64,000 bases of DNA from Trichosphaerium sp. ATCC 40318 (Eukaryota > Protista > Tubulinea): the NCBI GenBank assembly GCA_038496445.1, contig JALMLS010000330.1:62001-126000 (forward strand), written 5' to 3'. This document shows, one piece after another, positions 62,927-64,000 of the stretch. How positions within the stretch are numbered: the stretch's first letter is position 1; every line of letters begins with the position of its first letter. The notes beneath the pieces are model-generated. The model was not told where the DNA came from and made no database searches. It was given only the letters and a program-made list of their open reading frames with translations. Both the position numbers and the translations under genes were made by a program.

Positions 62927-63609
62927 TCAAAGTTTCCTATCGTTGATATAAATTCCCTCATCGAGTAATGTACCATCACTGCTCCATTCCTTGTAAACAC
63001 CCTCTCGCTTATCGTTGATATAATGGCACTGCTCCTTCATATTGCCGTTTTGATGCCAAGACCTGTGTTCTCCTTCTATTTTATCTTTGAGATAATAATA
63101 CTTCTCAAACAACACACCGTGTTGGTACCAGTACCTAGCTTCGCCCTCTTTCTTACCATTGACATAAAAGAAATGCTTCCATATTTGATCCGTGTTGTAA
63201 TACCATTGCTTGAACTCTCCTTCTCGCTTACCCCTTACATAGTGACAGTGCTCAAGCAAATAGCCGTTTTTATTCCACTGTTTTCGCTCTCCTTCAAGCT
63301 TACCTTTTGAATAATAGCTCTTCAGCCAAAGAACACCATTTTTGTGATAACTCTTTCGCTCTCCATCAAGTTTACCATCAATAGACATTGCTGCTGAAGT
63401 TTACCAAACTTGTGTTTAACCCATTTTCCTCGTTTGTCAAGCTTAGAATCATATCTTGTGTTGGTTGCTGCGTATTTAGATACAAGTGGTAGTTTTAATT
63501 GCGCTTCAAAGTCCAAATCAATTAATTCAAAGAGAAGCTCAACTGGAAGGTGTAGAAGAAGACAGTCATCTACTGTTACGGTATCACTCTGTTTTTCATC
63601 CTTGTTCAT
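62927..63609 (-). pseudogene. F-box-like + MORN repeat gene with a single frameshift (~63385)
   Basis: LLLHLPVELLFELID F-box-like ORF 63322-63609 overlaps the MORN ORF 62927-63388 in a different frame; no intron of plausible length restores the frame. Confidence 0.65.
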
Positions 63610-64000
63610 TGTATGTTAAAACCAAGGCTTTTGTCTATTGAAGAGTAGTTTTACAATGGTTTTGGAAAGTTATTTGACCGTCTGATTGTTTGTGACTTAT
63701 TTGTCACGTGTTCACGGAACTTAAAGTAATCAATCTCTTGCCTTTTTACTGGGCGCCTATTCTCTCTGTGTTCTACATCAAAAGTAGTGTTAACTCAGTC
63801 ACTACTGTCACGTACGTATGTTTAATCTTTTGTTCCGTGATAGCCGTTAAACGCCACTGGACCTTGCATAGATAGCCTACAGCTGCTCTTTTACCAAGTT
63901 GTTATATCTCCCTAAGTATGATGTTTCCATTGGAGCACAGAGTGCTGTGAAGAATATATAAATAGCATTATTGTCTTTCTTTAAAAGACGACTGGATCGT

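Overview
Gene-dense, AT-rich eukaryotic nuclear DNA, most likely from a protist or amoeba; the taxon cannot be fixed from sequence. It has many short GT-AG introns (GTACGT/GTAAGT/GTATGT donors, CTAAC/CTAAT branch points), so the ORF track shows only exon fragments. About 35 gene models can be assembled by hand. Housekeeping genes include asparagine synthetase, histidine acid phosphatase, PhoD phosphatase, aspartic protease, cytochrome-b5 front-end desaturase (with a tRNA-Leu(CAG) inside one intron), PARP, mitochondrial bL32, TAF8-like, Naa60/Naa50-like GNAT, organellar 5'-3' exonuclease and an FLVCR-like MFS transporter. About eight F-box-like genes carry LRR or MORN repeats or other fusions reminiscent of giant-virus and amoebal families. 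The most striking item is missed by the ORF track: at 42.8-45.8 kb four three-exon genes sit in a mirror-image arrangement, A(-) B(+) / B(-) A(+). They encode secreted prepropeptides with two different leaders, a KR cleavage site and an identical 62-aa, 10-cysteine C-terminal peptide in which all nucleotide differences are synonymous. Other unusual architectures: T4 Rnl1-like RNA ligase fused to F-box-like motifs, a single-pass receptor with a cytoplasmic RasGAP, SH3-RapGAP-degenerate small GTPase, CBM48-F-box-MORN, and a tectonin with extensin-like repeats. Exon boundaries are manual and approximate, and family names come from motif recognition, not database searches.
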